The position numbers and the translations under genes were made by a program. From NCBI GenBank assembly GCA_035502475.1, contig DATJUJ010000001.1:27907-91906 (forward strand): a DNA stretch of 64,000 nucleotides. Reading direction: 5' to 3'. The notes beneath the pieces were generated by a model. That model was not told the origin of the DNA, searched no databases, and saw only the letters and a list, made by a program, of their open reading frames with translations. Below are positions 16,993 to 26,749 of the stretch, one piece after another (positions within the stretch are counted from its first letter, which is position 1; each line of letters starts with the position of its first letter). The stretch is from Thermoplasmata archaeon. GTDB taxonomy: Archaea > Thermoplasmatota > Thermoplasmata > Lutacidiplasmatales > UBA184.

Positions 16993-17546
16993 CGCCCGCG
17001 ACCGGCCCGGACCCGCGTCGCTCGGAGCGGGAGCTGGTCGCGGTCGTCGCCGCCCACTGCGCGGCGCAGGGCTACCGGACCTACATCGACCCGGACGGGT
17101 CGGACTACTTCGACCTGGTCGTCCGCCGGGGCGACGAGGTCGGCCTCGTCGAGGCGAAGCGCTCGAACGCCCGGGCGGTCCTCCAGCAGGCGCTGCGGCG
17201 TCGCGTCTGGGGCGACTGGACCGCGGTCGCGCTCCCGGGGGCCCGGGCCGCGCGCCGGCTCGCGGACCGCACCCGCGGCTCGCGCGCGGCGCCGGTCGGC
17301 GTCTGGCTCGTCCGAGGGACCGCGGTCAAGGAGCTCCGGGCCGCGGTCCCGTGGGCCGTGCCGGGCACCCCCGACCCGTACGCCCCGCTCCGCGATCGGT
17401 TCCGGGCCGTGCTCACGAGCCTCGACCGGGGGGAGCTTCCCGCCTCGGTCGCGTGGGACGCGGTGCCCTCCGCGGTCCGTCGGGCGTCCCGGGGCCGGGG
17501 CTTCGCCGAGTGGCGCCTCGACGAGCCCGGCCCCGGCGGCCCCTAG
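16989..17546 (+). CDS. Hjc-like PD-(D/E)xK nuclease (Holliday junction resolvase-like) with a C-terminal extension of about 75 aa
   Basis: GTG at 16989 overlaps the mutL stop. SERELVAVVAAHCAAQGYRTY...DYFDLVVRRGDEVGLVEAKRSN matches the Hjc pattern E-R-E-L...G...(V/F)DLV...(I/V)E(V/A)K by eye. The upstream part of track ORF 16437.. is shadow. Confidence 0.6.
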   Translation: MTPATGPDPRRSERELVAVVAAHCAAQGYRTYIDPDGSDYFDLVVRRGDEVGLVEAKRSNARAVLQQALRRRVWGDWTAVALPGARAARRLADRTRGSRAAPVGVWLVRGTAVKELRAAVPWAVPGTPDPYAPLRDRFRAVLTSLDRGELPASVAWDAVPSAVRRASRGRGFAEWRLDEPGPGGP

Positions 17547-18688
17547 GCGGCGACCGGCTGGACGGCCGCCGCGACGGCCTCGGCGACGCGCTCGGGCCGG
17601 AACCGGTCCGCGTACGCGAGCGCCGGCTCGGCGATCGACCGGCGGAGCGCGGGATCGGCGAGGAGCTCCGCGAGCACCGACGCGGTCTCGCCGGCGTCGT
17701 CCGATCCGACCCGCCGGATCGCGCCGCCCGGGTCGAGCGGCAGCGCCGTCGCGGGGCCCGCGACGGCGACGCAGCCCGCACGCAGGGCGAGGATGACCCC
17801 GGGGTCGAATCCCACCGGCCGGCGAAGGAACAGCGCCACGTCGGAGGCGGCGAGCACTCCGGCGATCGAGGTCCGGTCCCGGGCCGGCACCCGGACGACG
17901 CCGGGGTCGGTCGGGGCGGGGCCGCCGACGATCACGAGACGGGCCCCGGGAAAGAACGGCCGGACGCGCCGGAACGTCTCCGCCGCCCGGTCGAGGCCCG
18001 CGACCGCGGGGTCCTCCGCCGACGCGACGGCCGCGACGACCGGGACGTCGAGCGGCAGCTGGAGCAGGGCGCGGGCCGCGGGACGGCCCGGCACGTCGCC
18101 CGGCGAAAGGACCGGCGGGACCGCCGGCACGAGCCGGCGCTCGGGGACGTCGTACTCGCGCGCGAGCACCGCGGGCAGCGCGGGGTCGTCGAAGAAGAGG
18201 CGGTCCGCCTCCTCGAGCGCCGCGCGCTCGAGCCGGCGCACGGCCCGGCGATCGCGCCAGGTGTCGAGTCGCCCCGCGAGGCCCGCGGCGGGCACGCCCC
18301 CGCGCTCGCGGTCGAACCCCACCAGCTCGACGGAGCGCGCGAACCCGGCGACCCGCGGGCCGCCGCGTCCGCGCGCGACGCCCGTCCGCCCCAGCCCGAG
18401 CGGGTCCCGGACGACGAGCTCCACGTCGGAGCGCAGCCGGCGGCCCGCGGCCGCGGCGTACTCGGCCGGCTCGGCCGCCGCGCCGGGGTGGCGGAGCGGC
18501 AGCGGCACGGGGACCGACGCGATCCCGGGGGGGCCGGCGCCGTCCGCGTCGGTCGCCGGGTGCAGGACGCGCACGTCGGCGCCGAGCGTCGCGAACCCGG
18601 CGGCGAGCGCCCAGGCGGTCGCCCGCGGGTCGTAGGGGTCGGCGCTCGGCGAGCCGGCGGCGATGACGTCGACCCGTCGGAGGGTCAT
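17543..18688 (-). CDS. Glycosyltransferase, GT-B fold (family 1/4-like)
   Basis: 381 aa. Its organisation is typical of GT4 enzymes (N-terminal acceptor domain, C-terminal LVIVGG...). The stop shares a CTAG tetranucleotide with the convergent upstream gene. Confidence 0.65.
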   Translation of the reverse strand: MTLRRVDVIAAGSPSADPYDPRATAWALAAGFATLGADVRVLHPATDADGAGPPGIASVPVPLPLRHPGAAAEPAEYAAAAGRRLRSDVELVVRDPLGLGRTGVARGRGGPRVAGFARSVELVGFDRERGGVPAAGLAGRLDTWRDRRAVRRLERAALEEADRLFFDDPALPAVLAREYDVPERRLVPAVPPVLSPGDVPGRPAARALLQLPLDVPVVAAVASAEDPAVAGLDRAAETFRRVRPFFPGARLVIVGGPAPTDPGVVRVPARDRTSIAGVLAASDVALFLRRPVGFDPGVILALRAGCVAVAGPATALPLDPGGAIRRVGSDDAGETASVLAELLADPALRRSIAEPALAYADRFRPERVAEAVAAAVQPVAA

Positions 18689-18737
18689 CCGGTCCGTCTA
18701 AGGGCCCGGGCCGAAAAGGGTTCCGACCGACCCCGGC

Positions 18738-20246
18738 TCACGTGGCGAAGCCCAGGGGACCGGCGAACGAGCGGCCGCCGAGCTCCGGGCCCGCGGGGAT
18801 CCCCATGCCCTCGAGGATCGTCGGGGCGACATCGAGCAGGCTCAGCGCCTGGTGGACCTGCCCCGGCCGGACCCCTTCGCCGGCCGCGATCAGGATCCCG
18901 TTCATCCGGTGCGTCCCCGACCCGAAGAAGAAGTCGGGCCGTTCGCGGATGAGCGGGCGCGGGTAGCGGAAGTCCATGTACGGCTCGGTGGTCATCCCGT
19001 CGACCCGGAACAGCAGCGACGGGGCCCGCTCGAGGTGGTTCCCCCGGTAGATCGTCCGCGGATCGAACACCTCGATGCGGGCGTCGGGGTACGCCTCGAG
19101 GCGGCGCTTGAGGTCCGCGAGGACCGCCTCCCGTCGCGCGGGGTCGTGCGCGAGCTCGGGGTTCTGCGTGTTGAGGTAGATCCCCTCGGGGACCGGATAC
19201 GAGTACGCCAGCGTGCGCTGCCAGTCGATGCGCGACGCCATCTGCTCGAACGAGGTCGCGCCGCCCACGAGGCGCGCGACCCGTTGCTGGCGCCGGCCGC
19301 CCAGGAACGCGGCGATCGGCGGGGCGAGCTTCCGGAACACCGCGTAGCGCTGGCTCGCGAGGATCGTCCGCGCGACGAGGTTGCGGCCGCCCAGGGCGTC
19401 GCCGTGGCGGAAGACCAGGAACTTCTCCTGGGCGAGCCAGCGGTTCGTGAGGAAGTCGGAGCGCGCGGCCCCGTGGCCGTGGTCGCTCAGGACGAGGGTG
19501 ATCGACGGGCCGCCCGCGGCGCGGAACGCGGCGTCGACGTCCCGGCACGCGGTGTCGACCGCGCGCCAGAACCCGAGCAGGTCGGTCGGGATCTCGGAGA
19601 CCGGGCGCGCGAGCTCGTTCCAGAACTGGTGCTCGATCCGGTCGGTCTCCCGGAAGAGGACGAACAGGAAGTCGGGCCGGTGCGAGCCCGTGAGGACCGT
19701 CGCGGCCTGGGCCCGTTGGACGAGCGAGCGGGTCGCCGCCGCGATCCACTCCGCGCGGTCGGCCGCCCGGTAGACGGGCAACTCGCCCGGGTACGGGCAA
19801 CCGAGCGCGGCCTCGACCTCCCTCCGCACCTCGCGCGGGAACGTCTCCGACTCCTCCGCGAAGAACCCCGGCACGACGAACCCGTGGAGCGGGTAGCCGG
19901 TCCGCAGCGGCAGGTTGAGGACCCCGACCTTCACGCCGCGTCGTGACAGCCGGTCCCAGATCGCCTCCGCCGGACGGAACGTCTGCACGAACTTGGAGCG
20001 GCCCGGACCGCCGTCCGGCTCGGTGAACCCGAAGATCCCGAGCTCGCCCGGGTCCTGGCCCGTCGCGAAGGAGTACCAGGCGGGGATCGTCTTCGCGGGA
20101 TAGACGGAGGTGAGGGGCGCGCGCAGGCCCCCCCGGACGAGCGAGCGGAGGAACGGGAGCTCCCCGGCCTCCATGAGCGGGTCGAGCAGGTCGAACGTGC
20201 CCCCGTCAAGACCCAGGACGAGGAACCGTCGTGTGCTCGAGCCCAT
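18738..20246 (-). CDS. Alkaline-phosphatase superfamily protein (type I phosphodiesterase/nucleotide pyrophosphatase-like)
   Basis: 502 aa, FLVLGLDGGTFDLL, PAKTIPAWYSFATGQDPG, TLVLSDHGHG. Confidence 0.8.
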   Translation of the reverse strand: MGSSTRRFLVLGLDGGTFDLLDPLMEAGELPFLRSLVRGGLRAPLTSVYPAKTIPAWYSFATGQDPGELGIFGFTEPDGGPGRSKFVQTFRPAEAIWDRLSRRGVKVGVLNLPLRTGYPLHGFVVPGFFAEESETFPREVRREVEAALGCPYPGELPVYRAADRAEWIAAATRSLVQRAQAATVLTGSHRPDFLFVLFRETDRIEHQFWNELARPVSEIPTDLLGFWRAVDTACRDVDAAFRAAGGPSITLVLSDHGHGAARSDFLTNRWLAQEKFLVFRHGDALGGRNLVARTILASQRYAVFRKLAPPIAAFLGGRRQQRVARLVGGATSFEQMASRIDWQRTLAYSYPVPEGIYLNTQNPELAHDPARREAVLADLKRRLEAYPDARIEVFDPRTIYRGNHLERAPSLLFRVDGMTTEPYMDFRYPRPLIRERPDFFFGSGTHRMNGILIAAGEGVRPGQVHQALSLLDVAPTILEGMGIPAGPELGGRSFAGPLGFAT

Positions 20247-20300
20247 GGAGGTACCGTGCGCCGCCGGGAGTGAGCGTGAACTCGTCGACCCGGGAATCGG

Positions 20301-20306
20301 TATAAA
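20301..20306 (-). promoter_or_regulatory. Candidate TATA box (TTTATA on minus strand) upstream of the phosphodiesterase-like gene
   Basis: A/T hexamer about 55-60 nt upstream of the ATG at 20246, in the spacer after the aCPSF1 stop. Confidence 0.3.
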
Positions 20307-20327
20307 GCGTTTCGTCCAACGGGGCGA

Positions 20328-22232
20328 TCAGAGCAACCGGACCGCCTCGAGGTTGTACGGGTTGCGCGAGTCCACGTTGAAGCGCTTGTGGAGGCTCGCG
20401 CAGAAGTCGATCGTCTTCGACTCCTCCCCGTGGTTGAGGATGATCGTGCGGGGCCGGGGATCGAGCGACGCGACGAAGTTCATCAGCTGGACCCGGTCCG
20501 AGTGACCGGAGAACCCTTCGATCGTCGCGATGTCGAGCCGGACCGGGATGGTCGCCTGACGGTTGCCGTCCGAGAACTGGGCCTCGGTGAGCCCGCGCTG
20601 GAGCCGCTTGCCGAACGTGCCCTCCGCCTGGTAGCCGACGAACAGGAGGCCGTTCTTCTCGTCGGGCGCCCAGCCGCGGAAGTACTCCATCACGGGCCCC
20701 CCGCTCATCATCCCCGAGGTCGCCAGGACGATGCACGGCTGCTTGTCGTCGATGATCGACATCCGCATCGCGCCGGAGTCGACGCGGCGGAAGACGTCGG
20801 AGAGGAACGGATTGTCGCCCTGCTGGAAGATCTGGGTCCGCAGCTGGCTGTTGAGGAACTCGGGGTACGCCGTGTGGATCGCGGTCGCCTCGAAGATCAT
20901 GCCGTCCAGGTAGACCGGCACGCGCGGGATCCGGCCCTCGCGCATCCGCTCCTCGAGCACGAGCATCACCTCCTGGGACCGGCCGACGGCGAAGACGGGT
21001 ACGATGAGGTGCCCGCCCCGGGCGACGATCTTCGTCGCGAGGGCCGTGAACTGGTCGGTCGCCTGCTGCCGGCTCGGCTGGATGTCGCGGTAGCCGCCGT
21101 ACGTCGACTCGAGGACGAGCGTCTCGAGCCGGGGGAACCGGTTCGCCGCCGGGTTGAACAGCCAGCTGCGCTCGAACTTGATGTCGCCGGAGTAGGCGAG
21201 GTTGTGGTCGCCCTCGCCGAGGTGGAAGTGGCAGATCGACGAGCCCAGGATGTGGCCCGCGTTGTGCATCGTGAGCCGGATGTCCGGCGCGACGTCGGTC
21301 GTCTCGCCCCATCGGAGCGGGATCGTGCGGGTGACGAGCTCGCGGACGTGCGAGGAGTCGTAGAGGCCCCGGCGCGCCTCCTGGTTCACGACCTTGATCG
21401 CGTCCAGCAGCATCAGCGTCATCAGATCCCGGGTCGGGGCCGTGCAGTAGATCGGGCCCTTGTACCCGTACTTGAGCAGCACCGGGACGAGCCCGCAGTG
21501 GTCCAAGTGGGCGTGGGTCACGACGACCGCGTCGAGGGAGTCGAGCGGCAGGAGCTCGGGGGCGTTGAAGTACGGGGTTCGGTCGGAGCCCGGGTCGATG
21601 CCGCAGTCGATCAGCACCTTCGAATTCTGCGTCGTCAGGAGGTGGGCGCTCCGTCCGACCTCGCGGTAGCCCCCGAGCGCCGTGTTCCGCGCCCACAGCT
21701 TTTCGGGCAGCGGGTCGCGGGCGATCCGGATGCCGACCTTCTTCAAGAACGAGCGCCGGTCGTCGAACGAGTTGCGGAGGTGGATCCGCACCTCTTCGAC
21801 GGTCTTCGAGGGGATCGGAGGGGTCCGAACGACGGTCGGCACCCAGCCGATCTTCCGCTTCAGGTCGTTGAGGACCGAGCCGCCGCGTCCGATGGCAGCC
21901 CCCGGGTTCGCGGCCTCGATCGTGACCTCGCCGGTCTCGGGCTCGAAGAACAGCTGGTTGATCTCCGCTTCCGGAGGGATCAGCTCCCGGATGTTCTTCT
22001 CGGCCTCCTTGGGATCGATGAGCGTCGCGGGGTCGCTGCGGACGAGGACCCGCCGGTGGAGGCGCTGGGCGATCTGGCGCAGCAGGTCCCCGCCCGAGAG
22101 GAAGGCGTCCAGCTGCTTCGTGTAGAGCACGATGTGCGGGCCTTCCAGCTCGATGTCGGTGACCTCGATCGTCTCCGGTAGCACCTCTTTCAGGGCTTCC
22201 CGGGTTTGTTCTAGCAACGAGTCGAAACTCAT
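20328..22232 (-). CDS. Archaeal CPSF1 (KH domains + MBL/beta-CASP ribonuclease)
   Basis: 634 aa. N-terminal KH region (GAAIGRGGSVLNDLKRKIGW), VVVTHAHLDHCG, and a beta-CASP C-terminal region ending GHSD...ILNHGE. Confidence 0.93.
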   Translation of the reverse strand: MSFDSLLEQTREALKEVLPETIEVTDIELEGPHIVLYTKQLDAFLSGGDLLRQIAQRLHRRVLVRSDPATLIDPKEAEKNIRELIPPEAEINQLFFEPETGEVTIEAANPGAAIGRGGSVLNDLKRKIGWVPTVVRTPPIPSKTVEEVRIHLRNSFDDRRSFLKKVGIRIARDPLPEKLWARNTALGGYREVGRSAHLLTTQNSKVLIDCGIDPGSDRTPYFNAPELLPLDSLDAVVVTHAHLDHCGLVPVLLKYGYKGPIYCTAPTRDLMTLMLLDAIKVVNQEARRGLYDSSHVRELVTRTIPLRWGETTDVAPDIRLTMHNAGHILGSSICHFHLGEGDHNLAYSGDIKFERSWLFNPAANRFPRLETLVLESTYGGYRDIQPSRQQATDQFTALATKIVARGGHLIVPVFAVGRSQEVMLVLEERMREGRIPRVPVYLDGMIFEATAIHTAYPEFLNSQLRTQIFQQGDNPFLSDVFRRVDSGAMRMSIIDDKQPCIVLATSGMMSGGPVMEYFRGWAPDEKNGLLFVGYQAEGTFGKRLQRGLTEAQFSDGNRQATIPVRLDIATIEGFSGHSDRVQLMNFVASLDPRPRTIILNHGEESKTIDFCASLHKRFNVDSRNPYNLEAVRLL

Positions 22233-22284
22233 TCACGGAGGAAGCGGTTCGCGCGAAAGGGTTGGGGCACGAGGCCCCGGCCGC

Positions 22285-22959
22285 CTACGGGAGGGCCGGA
22301 GGCAACGGTATCTTGAGGGCCTTCAGGCGCTTATTAATTTCGTCGTCGTCGAGCTCGCGGTAGCCCTTGGCCGTGATCACGTGGACGAGGTAGCCGTCGC
22401 CGCTCGCGCTGTCGCGCTTCATCGCCGCCGTAAGGCCGCGCAGCGCGAGGTCGACCCCGTCGGACGTCGACATGTCGCGGGAGTAGCCCTCCTCCAGGAG
22501 GCCGTAGGCGAACGTCGAGCCCGAGCCGACCGAGACGAACCGGTCCTCGATGCATCCCCCGGCCGGGTCGACCGAGAAGACGTGGCCGCCCTTACCGTCG
22601 ACGCCGCCGAGGATCAGCCAGGCGTAGTAGGGGTAGTACCGGTTCCCCGAGAGGATGTTCGCGAGGAGCGTGGCCGCGCCCTCGGCGCTCAGGGGGGCAC
22701 TGCGGCGAAGCCGGTAGAGCGAGACCTCGGCCTTGAGGTAGCGGGCCAGGACCTGGGCGTCGCCGACCAGCCCGGCGATCGTGATGCCGATGTTCTGATC
22801 GATCTTGAAGACCTTCTGGGTCTGCTTGTTCGAGATCATCGTGCCGGCCGTGGCGCGACGCTCGGTCGCGAGGACCACCCCGTCCTTGCAGACGAGGCCG
22901 ATCGTCGTCGTCCCCTTGAGCAGGCGCTCCTCGTCGACGGCACTGATGGAGCTGTGCAT
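22285..22959 (-). CDS. psmB: Proteasome subunit beta
   Basis: 224 aa. Propeptide followed by the catalytic GTTTIGLVCKDGVVLATERRAT, then GSGSTFAYG. Confidence 0.94.
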   Translation of the reverse strand: MHSSISAVDEERLLKGTTTIGLVCKDGVVLATERRATAGTMISNKQTQKVFKIDQNIGITIAGLVGDAQVLARYLKAEVSLYRLRRSAPLSAEGAATLLANILSGNRYYPYYAWLILGGVDGKGGHVFSVDPAGGCIEDRFVSVGSGSTFAYGLLEEGYSRDMSTSDGVDLALRGLTAAMKRDSASGDGYLVHVITAKGYRELDDDEINKRLKALKIPLPPALP

Positions 22960-23005
22960 CCTCGAACCTCCCGGTACGGAATCGGAGCGACGGACCCGAG
23001 GTCGC

Positions 23006-23012
23006 TATATAA
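23006..23012 (-). promoter_or_regulatory. Candidate TATA box (TTATATA on minus strand) for psmB
   Basis: About 47-53 nt upstream of the psmB ATG (22959). A GGGAGGT Shine-Dalgarno-like element lies about 8 nt upstream of the ATG. Confidence 0.4.
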
Positions 23013-23111
23013 CGGCTCACGCGCCGATTACGCCCGGTTCACCGAGGAACCCCGGGGAAGCCGGTAGAGCCCCGTCGCCCGGCGCTCCGACCTCGGTCCC
23101 AGACGACACCG

Positions 23112-23117
23112 ATTAAA
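23112..23117 (+). promoter_or_regulatory. Candidate TATA-like box (ATTAAA) for the sdh operon
   Basis: Its first base lies 32 nt upstream of ATG 23144 ([12 protein letters not shown]), giving leaderless spacing. Confidence 0.4.
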
Positions 23118-23143
23118 CCTCGGCCGAGTTGCGGCCGCGCGGC

Positions 23144-24826
23144 ATGCAGAAGCACGAGGTCGTCGTGATCGGCGCCGGCCTCGCGGGGCAGCGCGCCGCC
23201 CTCGCGGCGATCGACGCCGGCAAGGACGTCGCCATCGTGTCGAAGCTCCACCCGCTGCGCTCCCACTCGGGCGCGGCCCAGGGCGGGATCAACGCGGCGG
23301 TCGGGAAGGAGGACTCGGTCGAGACCCACATCTACGACACGGTGAAGGGGTCGGACTACCTCGGCGACCAGGACGCGATCGAGTTCTTCTGCCAGCGCGC
23401 GGGGCCGGTCGTCGTCGAGATGGAGCACTTCGGCACGATCTTCAGCCGGTCGGACGACGGCTCGCTCGCGCGCCGGGCGTTCGGCGGGGCCGGTTTCCCC
23501 CGGACGATCTATGCCGCGGACCGGACCGGGCTCGCCCTCCTGCAGGCCCTCTGGGAGCGGATCGGGACGGAGGACTTCACGCTCTACGAGGAGTGGGACG
23601 TGACCAACCTGGTCGTCCGCGAGGGGCGGATGCAGGGGCTCGTCGCGTTCGATCGCCGGCACGGCAACTTCGAGGAGATCCAGGCGCCCGCCGTCGTGAT
23701 GGCTACTGGCCCGTTCGGTCGCGTCTACGGCCGGACGACGAACGCGCACAGCTGCACGGGCGACGGGACCGCGGCGGCGTACGAGGCCGGCGCCCAGCTG
23801 AAGGACCTCGAGTTCGTCCAGTTCCATCCCACCGCCCTGCTCGAGTCCGGCATCCTGATCACCGAAGGGGCCCGCGGAGAAGGCGGGATCCTGAAGAACG
23901 CGAACGGCGAGCGGTTCATGGCGAAGTACGCGCCGCACGTGCTCGAGCTCGCCTCGCGCGACGTCGTCTCGCGCGCGATCGTCACGGAGGTGGCCGAAGG
24001 GCGGGGGTTCTCGGGCCCGTATGGCGGCTACGTGCACCTGGAACTGATGCACCTCGGCCGGGAGAAGGTCGAGAGCCGGCTCCAGGAGATCGTCGACTAC
24101 TCCCGTCACTTTGCCGGCATCGACCCCATCACCCAGCCGATCCCCGTCTACCCGGCGCAGCACTACATGATGGGCGGGATCGGGACGACGATCCAGGGCG
24201 CGACGAGCCTCCCCGGGCTGTTCGCGGCCGGCGAGGCCGCGTGCGTCTCGATCCACGGGGCGAACCGGCTCGGCGGCAACTCGCTGCTCGAGACGCTGGT
24301 CTTCGGCCGGGAGGCCGGGGCCGCCGCCGCCGCCTACGTCGACAAGGCCCCCGCCTCCACGATGCACGCCACCGACCTCGACGCGGCGGTCGCGCCGTTC
24401 CGGGCCTGGTCGAGCCGGACCGACGGCGAGGACCCGTCCGCCCTGCGGACAGAGATGCAGGCCACGATGGAGCGGTATGTGGGCATCTACCGCAACGAGG
24501 CGGACCTCTTCGAAGGGCTCCGGCGCATCCGCGCGCTCAAGGATCGGTTCCAGAAGGTGCGCGTCGTCGACCGGTCGTCCATCTACAACCTCAACGTCTC
24601 CGACGCGCTCGAGACCGGCCACATGCTCGAGCTCGCCGAAGTGATCGTCGTCGGGGCGTACGCCCGGACGGAGAGCCGCGGCGCCCACGCGCGGACCGAC
24701 TTCCCGAAGCGGGACGACGCCCATTGGATGAAGCACACGATCGCGACCCGGTCGCCGACGGGACCCGAGCTCTCGTACGCCCCGGTCGCCTACACGCGGT
24801 GGGAACCGAAGGAACGGGTCTACTGA
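23144..24826 (+). CDS. sdhA: Succinate dehydrogenase/fumarate reductase flavoprotein subunit
   Basis: [20 protein letters not shown]..., [21 protein letters not shown] preferred ATG 23144 over the track TTG at 23129. Confidence 0.93.
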   Translation: MQKHEVVVIGAGLAGQRAALAAIDAGKDVAIVSKLHPLRSHSGAAQGGINAAVGKEDSVETHIYDTVKGSDYLGDQDAIEFFCQRAGPVVVEMEHFGTIFSRSDDGSLARRAFGGAGFPRTIYAADRTGLALLQALWERIGTEDFTLYEEWDVTNLVVREGRMQGLVAFDRRHGNFEEIQAPAVVMATGPFGRVYGRTTNAHSCTGDGTAAAYEAGAQLKDLEFVQFHPTALLESGILITEGARGEGGILKNANGERFMAKYAPHVLELASRDVVSRAIVTEVAEGRGFSGPYGGYVHLELMHLGREKVESRLQEIVDYSRHFAGIDPITQPIPVYPAQHYMMGGIGTTIQGATSLPGLFAAGEAACVSIHGANRLGGNSLLETLVFGREAGAAAAAYVDKAPASTMHATDLDAAVAPFRAWSSRTDGEDPSALRTEMQATMERYVGIYRNEADLFEGLRRIRALKDRFQKVRVVDRSSIYNLNVSDALETGHMLELAEVIVVGAYARTESRGAHARTDFPKRDDAHWMKHTIATRSPTGPELSYAPVAYTRWEPKERVY

Positions 24827-25800
24827 TGGCGGACGCAACGATCTCGGCGGTCTTCGACGTATACCGGTTCGACCCCTCGAAGGACCGGGAGCCGCGCTAC
24901 CAGCGGTTCGCCCTCGACCTGGCGCCGCACACCCCGGTCCTCTCCGCGCTGCTCCAGATCCGCGCCGAGCAGGACCCGACGCTCACGCTCCGGTACTCCT
25001 GCCGCAGCGCGATCTGCGGATCGTGCGCGATGCAGGTGAACTCGAAGAGCCGCCTCGCGTGCGAGACCCAGATCGGGCCCGAGATGGAGCGTCACGGCCG
25101 GATCGTCATCGAGCCGATGCGCAACCAGGCCGTGCTCCGCGACCTCGTCGTCGACCAGCAGCCGTTCTGGCAGCGGTACGACTCCATCGAGCCGCACCTG
25201 ATCCTCGACCCCAGCCACCCGATGCCCGAGGACCGGGCGACCTCGATGACCCCCGCCCAGGTCGAGCGGTTCAAGGAGACCCCGCGCTGCATCGCGTGCG
25301 CCGCGTGCTACTCCGCCTGCCCCGCCGTCTCCGCCGACCCTGCGTTCCCGGGCCCGATGGCGCTCGCGAAGCTGTACCGGTTCGTCGTCGACCCCCGGGA
25401 CTCCGCGACGCAGGAACGGCTCGTCCGCATCCAGCCGAACGGGCTGTGGCTGTGCCTGCGCTGCCACCTCTGCACGGAGGCCTGCCCCAAGGACGTCCGC
25501 CCGTCGGAGCGGATCCGCGACCTGAAGGAGCTCGCGATCCAGGTGCAGGGAGGCACCGAGGCGGGCTCGAAGCATGCGATCGGGTTCAAGGAGAACATCC
25601 GCGAGCGCGGGCTCCTCAGCGAGATGAAGCTCGTCCGCCAGACGAGCGGGGTCGTCGGCCTCGCCGCCCAGGCGGGGCAGGGCCTCCGCATCTGGCGCAA
25701 GAAGCCCGAGATCGCCCGCCGGCCCCACCGCATCGAGGGGCTCGACGAGGTCGAGAAGATCTACGAGGCGCTCGACCGCCCCCCGCAGGAGGGCTCGTGA
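24826..25800 (+). CDS. sdhB: Succinate dehydrogenase/fumarate reductase iron-sulfur subunit with a C-terminal extension of about 75 aa
   Basis: The ATG shares its A with the sdhA TGA. CRSAICGSCAM ([2Fe-2S]), CIACAACYSACP, and CLRCHLCTEACP (a full four-Cys second motif). 324 aa against about 240-250 aa for typical SdhB. Confidence 0.9.
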   Translation: MADATISAVFDVYRFDPSKDREPRYQRFALDLAPHTPVLSALLQIRAEQDPTLTLRYSCRSAICGSCAMQVNSKSRLACETQIGPEMERHGRIVIEPMRNQAVLRDLVVDQQPFWQRYDSIEPHLILDPSHPMPEDRATSMTPAQVERFKETPRCIACAACYSACPAVSADPAFPGPMALAKLYRFVVDPRDSATQERLVRIQPNGLWLCLRCHLCTEACPKDVRPSERIRDLKELAIQVQGGTEAGSKHAIGFKENIRERGLLSEMKLVRQTSGVVGLAAQAGQGLRIWRKKPEIARRPHRIEGLDEVEKIYEALDRPPQEGS

Positions 25801-26681
25801 AGCTCGCGTACTACCCCGGGTGCGTCGCCCAGGAGTCGGGCAAGGAGCTCGACCTGGCGACCCGCTGGGTCTGCCGGGCGCTCGGCATCGAGCTCGCGGA
25901 GTTCCCCACGTTCTCGTGCTGCGGCTCCGGGTTCGTCGACGAGGCGAACGAGGTCCTCAACGTCGCGATCAACACCCGCAACCTCGCGATCGCGGAGCGC
26001 GCGGGGCTCGACCTTCTCACGATCTGCTCGACCTGCCAGGGGATGCTGACGCTCGCGAACGTGCGCCTCCAGGACCCGGCCGTGAAGCGTCGGGTCGACG
26101 GGGCCCTGAAGCCGCTCGGCATCGAGTACCGCGGTTCGGTGAAGGTGAAGCACCTCCTCCGGGTCCTCACGGAGGACGTGGGGCTCGCCGCCGTGAAGGC
26201 GAAGGTCGTGCGGCCGTTGAACGGCCTCAAGGTCGGCGCGTTCTACGGCTGCCACCTCTTGCGCCCGGCCGACGAGATGCAGTGGGAGAGCGGTGAGGAG
26301 CCGCACGCCTTCGAGGACCTGCTCGAAGCGGTCGGGGCGACCCCCGTCTACTACCGCGGCCGCGTGATGTGCTGCGGCTTCCCGATCCAGTTCGTGAAGG
26401 CCGAGACGGCCCAGCGGATCGCCGCCCACCAGATCGACGACGCGAAGGCTCACGGCGCGGACGCGATGGCGACGCCGTGCCCGCTCTGCCACATCTCCCT
26501 CGACTCGTTCCAGAACCAGGCGGCGCGCACGGTCGGCCACCGGCTCGACCTGCCGGTCTTCCACCTCCCCCAGGTCGTTGGCCTCGCGCTCGGCGCCTCC
26601 CCCGAGGAGCTCGGGCTCGCCCGCCACCTGGTCCCCACCGGGCCCGCCCTCGCGAAGGTGGCGCCGTCCCTGAGGGCCTGA
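25797..26681 (+). CDS. HdrB-like CCG-domain subunit (type-E SdhE / thiol:fumarate reductase-like)
   Basis: GTG overlaps the sdhB stop. VKLAYYPGC..., two CCG motifs (FSCCGSGF and VMCCGFPI), and TPCPLCH. Confidence 0.85.
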   Translation: MKLAYYPGCVAQESGKELDLATRWVCRALGIELAEFPTFSCCGSGFVDEANEVLNVAINTRNLAIAERAGLDLLTICSTCQGMLTLANVRLQDPAVKRRVDGALKPLGIEYRGSVKVKHLLRVLTEDVGLAAVKAKVVRPLNGLKVGAFYGCHLLRPADEMQWESGEEPHAFEDLLEAVGATPVYYRGRVMCCGFPIQFVKAETAQRIAAHQIDDAKAHGADAMATPCPLCHISLDSFQNQAARTVGHRLDLPVFHLPQVVGLALGASPEELGLARHLVPTGPALAKVAPSLRA

Positions 26682-26749
26682 GGGACCCCGCGGGCCCTCC
26701 CTCCGCGGCGCCCGTCGGGCTCAAGAAGCGGCATTCCTACCCTGCCCGA

